Positions 20,065 through 30,985 of a stretch of DNA of 64,000 nt are shown in pieces. The number at the start of each line of letters is the position of its first letter. Position 1 is the stretch's first letter. The notes below the pieces were generated by a model. It had not been told where the DNA came from. It saw only the letters and a list, made by a program, of their open reading frames with translations, and ran no database searches. This stretch comes from Candidatus Saccharimonadales bacterium (GTDB taxonomy: Bacteria; Patescibacteriota; Saccharimonadia; Saccharimonadales; UBA10212), in the NCBI GenBank assembly GCA_035717985.1, contig DASTHW010000005.1:28989-92988 (forward strand), read 5' to 3'. The position numbers and the translations under genes are program-made.

Positions 20065-20068
<4 letters not shown>
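19757..20068 (+). CDS. cutA: divalent-cation tolerance protein CutA-like
   Basis: 103 aa. The pattern LVACAKQIP..SDYRWQGKIE...E..V..ES is typical of CutA1. Confidence 0.7.
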
Positions 20069-22008
<1,940 letters not shown>

Positions 22009-22082
22009 GACTTAAATTATAACTTTTGTGAGCAAAATCATATTGAACCAAGCCGGCCCGCGGGTATAAAATTAAACTGTTA

Positions 22083-22196
22083 ATGCCAAACAAAAAAACT
22101 CAAAACGGCTTCATTCCACTGCTAATTTTATTGCTAGTCATCATATTAGCGGTTATTTGGTTTGTCTTTAAAAAAGTTGTCCAGGCCCAACACTAA
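22083..22196 (+). CDS. possible 37-codon TM micro-ORF
   Basis: Hand translation gives MPNKKTQNGFIPLLILLLVIILAVIWFVFKKVVQAQH. Its stop lies 1 nt before the GATase ATG. No clear SD; below the track cutoff. Confidence 0.3.
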   Translation: MPNKKTQNGFIPLLILLLVIILAVIWFVFKKVVQAQH

Positions 22197-22197
22197 A

Positions 22198-22809
22198 ATG
22201 AAAATACTGCTGATTGATAACAACACAAAGCACCTGCCGGAGCTAACCAAGGCTCTAGCCGGACATGATATAGAGCAGGTAGCCTACATGCCCGGACGTC
22301 GCTTTGGCACAGCCGACAAAGATTTGATAGTACTTTCCGGCGGCGGCGGCGAGGGTAACGAAATCAATGACCGCCAGGCGCAGGGCGGACTTTGGTATGA
22401 GGACGAACTTAGGCTGGTCCAAAAAATTAATAAACCAATCGTTGGCATTTGCATGGGCTTTGAAGTTATTGCTAGAGCTTTCGGTGCTGAAGTTAAGCCG
22501 GCCGGCCGGCTAATAAAAGGCTGGTGTTGGGTAAACGCTACTACAGCCGGCCAGCAGGCGTTTGGGCAAAACAGGCTAAAACAATATGAAGCCCACAGGT
22601 GGTGTGCGCCTAGTGCTCCGGCTGGATTTAAGGTTCTAGCCGGTTCTGCCAGCGGAGTAGAGATTATGGCTCATCAAAGCCGGCCAATAATCGCTGTTCA
22701 ATTTCATCCCGAGGTGGCTGGCGGCAGTCTTAATCTCGGTCAAATTATAGATTTAGTGTTAAGTGCGGCCCCAGCCGGCAAGCCAATGAGTGTCCATGCC
22801 GCAAGCTAA
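22198..22809 (+). CDS. class I glutamine amidotransferase-like protein
   Basis: Nucleophile elbow PIVGICMGFE and VQFHPEV His/Glu context. I prefer the ATG at 22198 (MKILLIDN) over the TTG at 22162. Confidence 0.75.
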   Translation: MKILLIDNNTKHLPELTKALAGHDIEQVAYMPGRRFGTADKDLIVLSGGGGEGNEINDRQAQGGLWYEDELRLVQKINKPIVGICMGFEVIARAFGAEVKPAGRLIKGWCWVNATTAGQQAFGQNRLKQYEAHRWCAPSAPAGFKVLAGSASGVEIMAHQSRPIIAVQFHPEVAGGSLNLGQIIDLVLSAAPAGKPMSVHAAS

Positions 22810-24241
22810 GCTAGCTGAGAAAATTGACTTTAACCAAGAGGCGGTTTTTATCGAGCAAGGTTTTGCCTCACAGGAAATGGGGCCGGTTAGCTCGTTCAAA
22901 CCGGAAAATAAAGCCGAGACTAAAAAAATAGCTTTAGAGACTGGCCACATATACGGCGATTTTCAGTACTGCGGCCCTTTTAGCGACTCGCAGGCTAAAA
23001 CTATCCGTCAAGAATTGGTAACGACCAGGAATCTGATTAATATCTTTGGCGATAAATTAGTGACGCCGGACATTGAAAGTTTGCCTCCTCAGGACCTGGC
23101 TCTGAGGCTGTTTGCCGACCGAGTGGTTAACGAAGCCGTGCTGGTAGAGGGCGCCCGTCGGGCGGCGCTGGCTGTCCGCGGTGAGGGTTCAGACGACATT
23201 GATTTTTGCAAACAAGAAATGAATTACGCCATGGAGCAAATCTACCCGGCGCCTCAGCGCGAGCTGGCGCTATCGGCTCTAGGCCTGTTCCATACCAGGC
23301 TAGAGAATCTTATGAATGATGATAAAAGCCGGGGTCTAGCTGAAGAAACCTTAGCCAAATACCCATTTCTAGCTGAAGCCGGCGGCCGCCAGCCCGAAGT
23401 CTTGAAGCCTCAGGTGCAAGCTGAGGTAAAGGCTTACCTTGACTCAAGGTTTGCTGAGCCGTTTGCGCAAGTTAGGCAGGAAATCGGCGAGATTAATAAT
23501 GACAATATGACTCAGGCCGTAAAAAGCCTCATGCGCCTACTGGGATTTTTGGACCAGGGGTGGGCCGTGCAGTTTGTAGGCGACGCGCGGGTTGGTTTTT
23601 ATGTAGACCCGACTGGTAAAAAAGTAGAAGTTGGTAATCGGACAAAAGAAATAACTTGGCCGGCATTTGAAAAATTAATGATTCATGAGGTTGGAGTTCA
23701 CGTCACCAGAGCGGCTAATGCATATTCATCCGGCCATAATTTGGCGGCCGCCGGCTGGGTCCAGTATGAGAATGCTGAAGAGGGCCTGGCTATCATATGC
23801 GAAAAAGCGTGGGACGGTAAAGCGGCCGAAGCCGGAGTAATTGACCGCGATCATTACCGCTACATTATTGGTGCCTTTGCCAGCGGGGCGCTGGACGGGA
23901 ATTATCACGGACCAGACGACTCTTTTAACCTAGCTACCCGGCTAAGCACGATAAGCGGTCTCAGTACCAAACTAAAGCAAAATAAGGAAATTAATCTAGC
24001 TGAGGCGGAATCAAAAGCCCGCAGTGCGGTGTTTGAACATGTTTTTCGGTTTTACCGCGGCATGCCCGACGGCCTAGTAATGATTAAAGATATTATCTAC
24101 CTTGACGGCGCCAACCAGCTGGTTAAATTCCTTAATCAGACGGATCGTCCGATTGCCGAGGTCCTGGACGAGTTTGGGCGTGGTAAGTATAATCCTTTCA
24201 TTCCTTTACAAGCAAAGGCAATGGATGGATTGTATGCCTAA
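22790..24241 (+). CDS. DUF1704/MATCAP-like HExxxH metallocarboxypeptidase (paralog 1)
   Basis: HEVGVH at 23684-23701, EEGLA from 23777, later KDIIYLDG. Start is GTG 22790 or ATG 22796; both overlap the GATase stop. Confidence 0.7.
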   Translation: MSMPQAKLAEKIDFNQEAVFIEQGFASQEMGPVSSFKPENKAETKKIALETGHIYGDFQYCGPFSDSQAKTIRQELVTTRNLINIFGDKLVTPDIESLPPQDLALRLFADRVVNEAVLVEGARRAALAVRGEGSDDIDFCKQEMNYAMEQIYPAPQRELALSALGLFHTRLENLMNDDKSRGLAEETLAKYPFLAEAGGRQPEVLKPQVQAEVKAYLDSRFAEPFAQVRQEIGEINNDNMTQAVKSLMRLLGFLDQGWAVQFVGDARVGFYVDPTGKKVEVGNRTKEITWPAFEKLMIHEVGVHVTRAANAYSSGHNLAAAGWVQYENAEEGLAIICEKAWDGKAAEAGVIDRDHYRYIIGAFASGALDGNYHGPDDSFNLATRLSTISGLSTKLKQNKEINLAEAESKARSAVFEHVFRFYRGMPDGLVMIKDIIYLDGANQLVKFLNQTDRPIAEVLDEFGRGKYNPFIPLQAKAMDGLYA

Positions 24242-25460
24242 ACCAGTCAAAATTTTAGAAGAAAACCAGGCCAAGATCCTGCGTGGAGGCCCGTTGGTTT
24301 ATCTGAATTTTCCCCGAAGCTACCGGCTGAGCGCCTATGACTTCCTTATTAATTCAGCGCCCCTGCCACCTTATAAGCCGAACTTTGATGCCCAAACTCT
24401 AGAGATTATTGACCATTATCAAAACGGCACTGCCGATTTACTGAATCGGGCCGAGAATGAAAAAAATGCTCGACTGGCCCGCCGCTTGGCTGAAGTAGCC
24501 CTGATCAAGTCGTACCGCGATATGTACGCCGGCCGCGGACCGGCCGACTTTAAAAAAGCGGTAACGGCTGTGTGGGGCCAGCCCAGCCGGGAGCTGTTTT
24601 GGGAGCTAGTTGATCAAGCGCTGGCTCAAGCTGGAAAGCCAAGTCGAGACGCGGCGGTCTTGGCCGAAGTGAAAAAGCTTATTAACATCAAGCCAGCCGA
24701 CCAAACGGCGACTTGGATACACATTAGCCCTAAACTGTTTAAGCCGGCCCGGGCCGAGTTTAAAGAGTTGTTCAAGCCCGAAGTTGATATGCTGAACCGA
24801 GCTTTGGCAGACAAGCCGCCAGTTCACCGCTATAACTACCAAGAAGTCATCGAGCTACTGCGTCAAGCTATGGTCTTTTACGGGTTGGATAAAGACGGCT
24901 GGCAGATAGTCATTAGCGATAAAACCGAAAAAGTAATGGTTAACTATGATACTAAAAGCATCAGTGTCTCCCGCGGTTCGCTGAGGCTGAGTAAAAACCG
25001 GATGATTGGCCTGGTTTTACATGAAGTTTTTGTGCACGCTAAAGCCAAGCCGCATATTAGGGCTCACGCCGGCAAAATCGGCGAACGCCGAGTAGTTGAA
25101 GAGGGGCTTGGCATATTTATTGAACAAATGGCTCTGCGCCGGTTTTACCCGGTACGGTCTTTGCGCTACATATCTTTGGGCCTGGCCCTAGGCCTAGATG
25201 GCAAGCCCAGAAATGCCCGCGAGGTCTATGAAATAATTTGGCGGCTAAGATACCTGGGCGGCTCGGCTAAAAGCCGGCGGGTGGCCAAAGAGTACGCCGC
25301 TAAGGAAGTGGTGCGTACCTTCCGCGGTATGCCGCTTGCTCAGCGGGGAGTTGTAATCACCAAAGATAGGGCGTATGTTGAGGGTAACCGTATGATATGG
25401 GCCTACCTTGCTGACCACGGCCCGAAAATTATTTTCAGCCAACTGTTAGGAAAAAAATGA
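24234..25460 (+). CDS. DUF1704/MATCAP-like HExxxH metallocarboxypeptidase (paralog 2)
   Basis: HEVFVH at 25020-25037, then VEEGLG and KDRAYVEG. ATGCCTAA overlap with the preceding stop; the track start at 24102 is probably too early. Confidence 0.65.
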   Translation: MPKPVKILEENQAKILRGGPLVYLNFPRSYRLSAYDFLINSAPLPPYKPNFDAQTLEIIDHYQNGTADLLNRAENEKNARLARRLAEVALIKSYRDMYAGRGPADFKKAVTAVWGQPSRELFWELVDQALAQAGKPSRDAAVLAEVKKLINIKPADQTATWIHISPKLFKPARAEFKELFKPEVDMLNRALADKPPVHRYNYQEVIELLRQAMVFYGLDKDGWQIVISDKTEKVMVNYDTKSISVSRGSLRLSKNRMIGLVLHEVFVHAKAKPHIRAHAGKIGERRVVEEGLGIFIEQMALRRFYPVRSLRYISLGLALGLDGKPRNAREVYEIIWRLRYLGGSAKSRRVAKEYAAKEVVRTFRGMPLAQRGVVITKDRAYVEGNRMIWAYLADHGPKIIFSQLLGKK

Positions 25461-26362
25461 TGAAAAAAGTCCTGCTAATTGGGCGCCGTCACCACGGCGA
25501 AAAGAATAATGTCCACCTTCTAGCCGACGGCCTGAGGGGCTATTTAGAGGGGGCCGAGGCAGACTGGGCGCACTGGGAAGATTTGCTGGTGAGCGTCCGC
25601 CGCTCAGGGGTTAAAGTCGAAATTATACGAGACGGCCAGAGAACTGATCTGGCCGAGTTTAATCTTTTGATAACCATGGGCTGGTCGCACGAAAAACTTT
25701 ATAGCGATCTGGCTCACACTGTCGCTTTATATGCTGGGGCCAACGGCAATGAAGTCTGGAACTCAGAGGTTAGTAAAGCCCGCTCCATGACCAAAGTCAG
25801 TCAGATTTTTAAAGCTCACCAAGCCGGTATCGCTGTGCCGGAAACCATTTTTAGCCTGGATACAGCTAAAGCCATAAACCATAATTTTTTGCCCTTGCCG
25901 CTAATTGCTAAAGATCCGACAGCCAGCCGCGGCCGGCGCAACTTTTTTGTCACTAGCGCGCAGGAGCTAGAGGCACTCCCCGGTAAAGACTGTCCGCTTA
26001 TCTTGCAGGAATATATTGAAAATGACTCCAGCGATATCCGTATCATTACGGCCGGCGGCCAGCCGGCGCTGGCCTTTAGGCGAGTCGGCTCGGGTGGCCA
26101 TCTGCATAATACTTCGGCCGGAGCGGCCGCCGAGTTGATAGAGATAGATAATCTGCCGGCTGAACTGGCTAGTGCCAGCCGGCACATTGCTAAGTTGTTT
26201 AACCGCGAGCTAACCGGCATTGATTTCATAATTGACAAAAACTCTAAGCGCTATATATTTTTAGAGGTTAACGGCATGCCGCAGTTATCCAGCGGCGCCT
26301 TTTTAGATGAGAAGCTAAAAGCCCTGGCCGCAGATATAAGCTCCAGAAAGGAGACGAAATGA
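25457..26362 (+). CDS. ATP-grasp ligase, RimK-like (divergent)
   Basis: LIAKDPTASRGRRNF...ILQEYIENDSSDIRI...TGIDFIID...IFLEVNGMPQL. ATGA overlap upstream. Confidence 0.75.
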   Translation: MMKKVLLIGRRHHGEKNNVHLLADGLRGYLEGAEADWAHWEDLLVSVRRSGVKVEIIRDGQRTDLAEFNLLITMGWSHEKLYSDLAHTVALYAGANGNEVWNSEVSKARSMTKVSQIFKAHQAGIAVPETIFSLDTAKAINHNFLPLPLIAKDPTASRGRRNFFVTSAQELEALPGKDCPLILQEYIENDSSDIRIITAGGQPALAFRRVGSGGHLHNTSAGAAAELIEIDNLPAELASASRHIAKLFNRELTGIDFIIDKNSKRYIFLEVNGMPQLSSGAFLDEKLKALAADISSRKETK

Positions 26363-27261
26363 GAATCGCTATTTTAACCGAAAGCGGAAGAACCTATTCA
26401 CCCAAACGCCTAGCCGAGGCCGCCGAGGCCCGCGGGCACCAGTGCCAGATTATCCGTTTTCCGCGCTGTTATGTTGATATCGAGCAAGATAATCCCCAGG
26501 TTCGTTACGAAGGCCGGGAAGTGTCTGATGTCGACGCCATTATTACCCGTACCACTCCCACGCTGACCACTTACGGCGCCGCCATTGCCCGCCAGTTCGA
26601 GCTAATGGGCGTCTATACCGTCAATCGATCCATTGCTATTGTTCGCTCGCGTGATAAACTGCGCACTCTCCAGCTTTTATCCAAGGCTGGGGTCGGTATT
26701 CCTAAGACAGTCTTTTCTAAAAGCACGCCCGCCGTAGATGACCTTATTGAGCAAATTGGCGTACCGATGATTATTAAGGTGGCCCGCGGTTCACAAGGTA
26801 ATGGCGTAGTGTTGGCCGAGACTAGAAAAGCCGCTAAGTCAGTAATCCAGGCTTTTTACGTTGAAGGCGTGAGCATCCTTTTACAGGAATTTATTGAAGA
26901 AGCGGCTGGCGCTGACATCCGGGCTTTCGTAGTCGGCAATCAAGTGGTGGCCAGCTATAAGCGCCAAAGTCTTGATGATGATTTTCGTTCTAACATCCAC
27001 CAGGGCGGCAAAGGCACGGCCATAAAACTAACTGACGAAGAGAAGCGGACTGCTCTTAAAGCCGCCCGGGCGGTAGGGCTACAAATCGCCGGTGTCGATT
27101 TAGTCCGCTCTGAGCGCGGTCCGCTGGTGCTGGAAGTTAATTCATCGCCGGGGCTGGAAGGCATCGAGAAGGTGACTAAGCGCGACATCGCCGGAAAAAT
27201 TATTGAATATGTCGAGCGGAATGCTAAAACCCGCCGGCGCAAAGACCGAGTCGGCGCCTAA
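26359..27261 (+). CDS. rimK: RimK-type alpha-L-glutamate ligase (ATP-grasp)
   Basis: MIIKVARGSQGNGVVL...ADIRAFVVGNQVVASYKR...DFRSNIHQGGKG...AGVDLVRSERGPLVLEVNSSPGLEGIEK closely follows the RimK pattern. AAGGAG upstream and ATGA overlap. Confidence 0.85.
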   Translation: MRIAILTESGRTYSPKRLAEAAEARGHQCQIIRFPRCYVDIEQDNPQVRYEGREVSDVDAIITRTTPTLTTYGAAIARQFELMGVYTVNRSIAIVRSRDKLRTLQLLSKAGVGIPKTVFSKSTPAVDDLIEQIGVPMIIKVARGSQGNGVVLAETRKAAKSVIQAFYVEGVSILLQEFIEEAAGADIRAFVVGNQVVASYKRQSLDDDFRSNIHQGGKGTAIKLTDEEKRTALKAARAVGLQIAGVDLVRSERGPLVLEVNSSPGLEGIEKVTKRDIAGKIIEYVERNAKTRRRKDRVGA

Positions 27262-27340
27262 CTTCATCGGCGCTGGAGCTGTTTTCGGCCGGGCCTTTGG
27301 GCCTGCTAGTGCTCTAAGAATAAAGGGTAAGAATAAATAA

Positions 27341-27805
27341 ATGGCAAAATTAGCACCGCTGGCCAAAATCATTTTGCTTTTGGCTATCGCCGCGGCCGCT
27401 GGCATGGCCTCTTATTTTACTGGCCGTCAGACCTGCACAGAAGTTTACCGTCATGATATTTCGCTTAAAATTAACGGTAAAATATTAAATGCTCAAACGG
27501 CAGTGACGCCGGCCCAGCAGGAAAGAGGTCTGTCCGGCCGCCAGTGCCTAAGTGCCGGTAACGCTATGCTGTTCGCCTTTCCAGACGCTGGCTATTACTA
27601 CTTTTGGATGAAGGATATGAACTTTCCAATTGATATTGTCTGGTTATCGCCTGCTAAACAGGTGGTCTGGATTAATCCGGACACTGCGCCAAGCACTTAC
27701 CCAGGCTCGTTTGTCAGCCCCAGTCCGGCTAAATATGTGCTGGAGCTGAAAGCCGGCCAGGCCACAGCGCTTGGCTTGGGTACTGGTAGCTATGTTAGTT
27801 TTTGA
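27341..27805 (+). CDS. DUF192-like protein
   Basis: N-terminal TM/signal segment. AMLFAF...MNFPIDIVWL resembles the DUF192 (COG1430) core. Confidence 0.55.
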   Translation: MAKLAPLAKIILLLAIAAAAGMASYFTGRQTCTEVYRHDISLKINGKILNAQTAVTPAQQERGLSGRQCLSAGNAMLFAFPDAGYYYFWMKDMNFPIDIVWLSPAKQVVWINPDTAPSTYPGSFVSPSPAKYVLELKAGQATALGLGTGSYVSF

Positions 27806-27829
27806 AACAGCTAATGCTAAAATTAGCCT

Positions 27830-28309
27830 ATGGCCGACGGCGTTATTTTACTGTTAATCTTGGTGCCGGCTTTTCTTACCTATTTTTTAAGAAGTAATGG
27901 GGCAATTGTTTTTTTGTCGGTTTGTGCCGGTTTTACTTCTGCTAGCCTAGCCGGAAATGAGGTAGCCAGCACGCTATCCAGTGCCAATCTCAATCTTCGT
28001 AGTACAGACGTTGATTTGCTATTTATGTTTTTGCCGATGGCTTTTAGTGTTTTTCTAACGGCCCGCTCCGTAAGTGGTAAGGCAAAAACTACCCTGCATG
28101 CTATCGCCGCGGGCGTAGCCGGCGCCCTGTTTGTGGTAGCCGGCGCCCCGTTTTTGAATATTTCTCTGCATTTGGGTCTAGACGGCACCCATATCTGGTC
28201 GCCCTTGCGGAGCGCTGAATCATATCTAGCCGCTGGCGGCTCGCTTTATAGCCTGGTTTTGATTTGGTTTTTTTCAAAAAACAGACATGCCAGTAAAAAC
28301 AAACACTAG
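27830..28309 (+). CDS. hypothetical polytopic membrane protein
   Basis: 159-aa ORF with about 4-5 hydrophobic segments. Confidence 0.45.
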   Translation: MADGVILLLILVPAFLTYFLRSNGAIVFLSVCAGFTSASLAGNEVASTLSSANLNLRSTDVDLLFMFLPMAFSVFLTARSVSGKAKTTLHAIAAGVAGALFVVAGAPFLNISLHLGLDGTHIWSPLRSAESYLAAGGSLYSLVLIWFFSKNRHASKNKH

Positions 28310-28383
28310 ATAAGTGCTAAAAATTACAGCTTAAACTCAAGCTTACAAATATAAAATAGTCATTACTAACTGCTGGTCATTAA

Positions 28384-29259
28384 ATGAACTATCAAAACTA
28401 CCCAGCTTACAAAGGGCCGCCGAAGAATCGCCGCTGGCGCGGCAGGAAGTTTTTTGGCTTTCTGCTAATAGTGCTGGTCATAGCTGGCCTATTTATATAT
28501 AGATCCCAGCATAGCCAAGCCAGTAAGCCGAAAATGCCGGTCAAACAACTCAGAACTACCTCGCTAAGTGTAATGGCCGGCCAAATTAATTCTATTATTA
28601 GTACTTATCCGCAGATTGACATTTCGGTTACGGCAATAGATTTAAACAATAATCAGGCCTATAACTATGGTGCTAATGTACCTTTTGTGGCGGCTAGTAC
28701 GGCTAAATTAATTACCGCCACTGACTTTTTGCATCAAGTCGAAGCCGGCCAGGAAAGCTTAAACGAAAATCTAGGCGGCCAATCTGCCCAGAGCCTGCTT
28801 AAAGCCATGATAGTCCAAAGTGACGACAATGCGTGGTATACGCTAAATAACGAGCTGGGTTACGACAATTTGGGTAACTATGCTCAAAACCAGATAGGTA
28901 TTAAAGACTGGGATGAGTCCGACGATACTCTAATGTCCGGCGACATAGCGCTCACTTTGCAAGAGCTTTATGAGCATAAACTACTAAATACCAGCCACAC
29001 CGCTCTACTACTGTCTTATATGAAAATCGCTAACCGGGCCGAGTATATTCCGGCGGCCGTGCCAGCTGGCGTAAAAGTTTACCATAAGGCTGGCTGGCTG
29101 GATGACCGCATTCATGACAGTGCCATAGTTGATAACGGCATTCACCCCTACGTGCTAGTAATCTTTACTAACGGACACGGTGTTTATGATGAACCTCAGC
29201 GCACTCAAATTTTGCAAGACATTACCAAAGCCACGGTAGCCCACTTTATCGGTTCGTAA
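28384..29259 (+). CDS. class A beta-lactamase-like serine hydrolase
   Basis: N-terminal TM segment. SxxK (ASTAKL), SDN-like (QSDDNAW) and KTG-like (HKAGW) motifs appear in the expected order. Confidence 0.65.
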   Translation: MNYQNYPAYKGPPKNRRWRGRKFFGFLLIVLVIAGLFIYRSQHSQASKPKMPVKQLRTTSLSVMAGQINSIISTYPQIDISVTAIDLNNNQAYNYGANVPFVAASTAKLITATDFLHQVEAGQESLNENLGGQSAQSLLKAMIVQSDDNAWYTLNNELGYDNLGNYAQNQIGIKDWDESDDTLMSGDIALTLQELYEHKLLNTSHTALLLSYMKIANRAEYIPAAVPAGVKVYHKAGWLDDRIHDSAIVDNGIHPYVLVIFTNGHGVYDEPQRTQILQDITKATVAHFIGS

Positions 29260-29266
29260 TAAGTGG

Positions 29267-29776
29267 TTAGGGGTTGGCTATAATCGGCCAACGCCGGAAC
29301 TTTCTTCCCAGATAATTATCAACGGCCCATTTCGGTGCGGAGGCTAGGCGGTCTAGACCGTAAAGGGCAAAGAAAACAACTGCGTAAATTATAGCTGTGC
29401 CGATGTCCGTCGAACCGGCCGAGTAGGGTCCGCCAAAGCCTTCGGCCACACTCCAAATTATTAAACTAAAAACGGCGGCGGCTAAGTAGGTAGCCCGCCG
29501 GGCGAAGCCAAAAATTAGTGCCAGCGCAATATAGCTTTCAATCACTGCCGTCAGGATGGCGAACAAGTGCGGGTCATGGCCTAGGAATTTATCCCAAAAG
29601 TGAAACCAGGGGTTTAGCCAAAGAGGCTGGTCCTGCCCGGCGGCCCTAATTTGGTCCAAGAAACTGTTACTAAAAGCTGGTAGCCACTTAAAACTAGCGT
29701 CTACGGCCCACAGTAGCCCGAATATAATGCGCAGTATAGCGATGTGCCTAGATAGTTTTAGCGGAGTCTTGACCAT
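29267..29776 (-). CDS. membrane protein, DoxX-like
   Basis: 169-aa four-TM ORF. The family assignment rests on general resemblance only. Confidence 0.4.
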   Translation of the reverse strand: MVKTPLKLSRHIAILRIIFGLLWAVDASFKWLPAFSNSFLDQIRAAGQDQPLWLNPWFHFWDKFLGHDPHLFAILTAVIESYIALALIFGFARRATYLAAAVFSLIIWSVAEGFGGPYSAGSTDIGTAIIYAVVFFALYGLDRLASAPKWAVDNYLGRKFRRWPIIANP

Positions 29777-29846
29777 ACTAAAAGCATAAGTGGTTTAGTT
29801 AGCGTTATCAACCTGGAAGAGATTGCCTTTTAGTAAAAGGCTAAAT

Positions 29847-29874
29847 AAAAAGTCCAGCCTTAGCTGGGCTTTTT
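29847..29874 (-). terminator. hairpin downstream of the DUF4287-like gene
   Basis: AAAAAGTCCAGC-ctta-GCTGGGCTTTTT: 12-bp stem with one mismatch and flanking A/T runs. Confidence 0.45.
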
Positions 29875-29943
29875 ATGGAGGGTCATCGTGTGCGCTATTG
29901 AAACCGAACTAGTCGCAGTAAACGAGATATTTATAACTAGCTT

Positions 29944-30168
29944 TTAGGCTTTATTGCCGGCGAGTGTCCAGCCTACCAACGCATTAGCGTGGCCATGCCC
30001 CATCTGGTATTCAGATTTGAGATAGTTGACAATCTGCATGTGCTTTTCAAGGCCGCAATCATTGATAATCTTTTGCCATTCTGCTATAGAGCGTCCGTAT
30101 TTTTTCTCAATTGATGAAAAGTATGATTCTGGTCCGTATTTTGACCATTGCGGTGATTGATCTGTCAT
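29944..30168 (-). CDS. DUF4287-like small protein
   Basis: SYFSSIEKKYGRSIAEW...MGHGHANALV pattern. Confidence 0.55.
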   Translation of the reverse strand: MTDQSPQWSKYGPESYFSSIEKKYGRSIAEWQKIINDCGLEKHMQIVNYLKSEYQMGHGHANALVGWTLAGNKA

Positions 30169-30204
30169 TACACTAAGGTGTTACTGATGTTATATATTAC
30201 CACT

Positions 30205-30281
30205 TGGAGGGCCCACTGGGACTCGAACCCAGGACACCCTGCTTAAAAGGCAGGTGCTCTAACCGACTGAGCTATGGGCCC
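30205..30281 (-). tRNA. tRNA-Lys (anticodon UUU), CCA encoded
   Basis: Hand-folded cloverleaf: GGGCCCA/TGGGCCC acceptor, GCTC/GAGC D stem, CCTGC-CTTTTAA-GCAGG anticodon arm, CTGGG-TTCGAGT-CCCAG T arm. Confidence 0.9.
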
Positions 30282-30508
30282 GCGTCGCAGTTTTCGCGCT
30301 TGCCTCATTTTGGCATACTGCCAAAAGCTTCGGCTTAGCGCTATACTGCTCCTTTCACTTTCGCAATTATCTGCTAAAGCACGAAATTGCGAAATTGGTT
30401 ATTAGCTCAGAATAACACCTTATATTATCTGTTTTTTGCTTAAAAAATCAACCAGCTAGGGCTATTTGAGTAATTCTAAAATTATTATAAGATATTCTTA
30501 AGCCAGCG

Positions 30509-30985
30509 ATGCCTACGAGAGGTATCGTGGTAAACCCCCAGGAGGTGGTGAAATTGGCACCTGCGACTGGATTGGTCGCGAGAGCCTCTACCGCTCGCCC
30601 GAGCGAGCAGTTCCACCCCGAGGTTCGGAGGGTGACCCAGGAGGACATCATCCAGGCCGTTCTGCGCGAGGCGCAGACCGCCGATGTTCCCTGCGATCGC
30701 CACCGGGCCCAGCAGGTCTACGGCCTTATGCACCGCGCGGTGCATAAGGTCCGCAAGTGGGACTACCGGAGCCCGTACCACGTCACGCAGGACGAGCTCG
30801 ATCGCCTGCACCCGGTGCTGGCGGTCGTCATGCCCGACGACGTGATCGAGCCGGCGGCCGGCACGGCGCACGACCTGATCAACCGGCACTTCCTCCGGCG
30901 GACGGAGTTCTCCGTGGTGCACACGAAGGATGCGTTCCGCGGTGTGGAGTACTGCGCGGTGGCCCTCGAGCTCCGGGCGATCTAG
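30509..30985 (+). CDS. hypothetical protein encoded in a GC-rich segment
   Basis: G/C-ending codons dominate only in this frame. An alternative TTG start at 30554 has AGGAGG (30540-30545) 8 nt upstream. No family recognised. Confidence 0.55.
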   Translation: MPTRGIVVNPQEVVKLAPATGLVARASTARPSEQFHPEVRRVTQEDIIQAVLREAQTADVPCDRHRAQQVYGLMHRAVHKVRKWDYRSPYHVTQDELDRLHPVLAVVMPDDVIEPAAGTAHDLINRHFLRRTEFSVVHTKDAFRGVEYCAVALELRAI

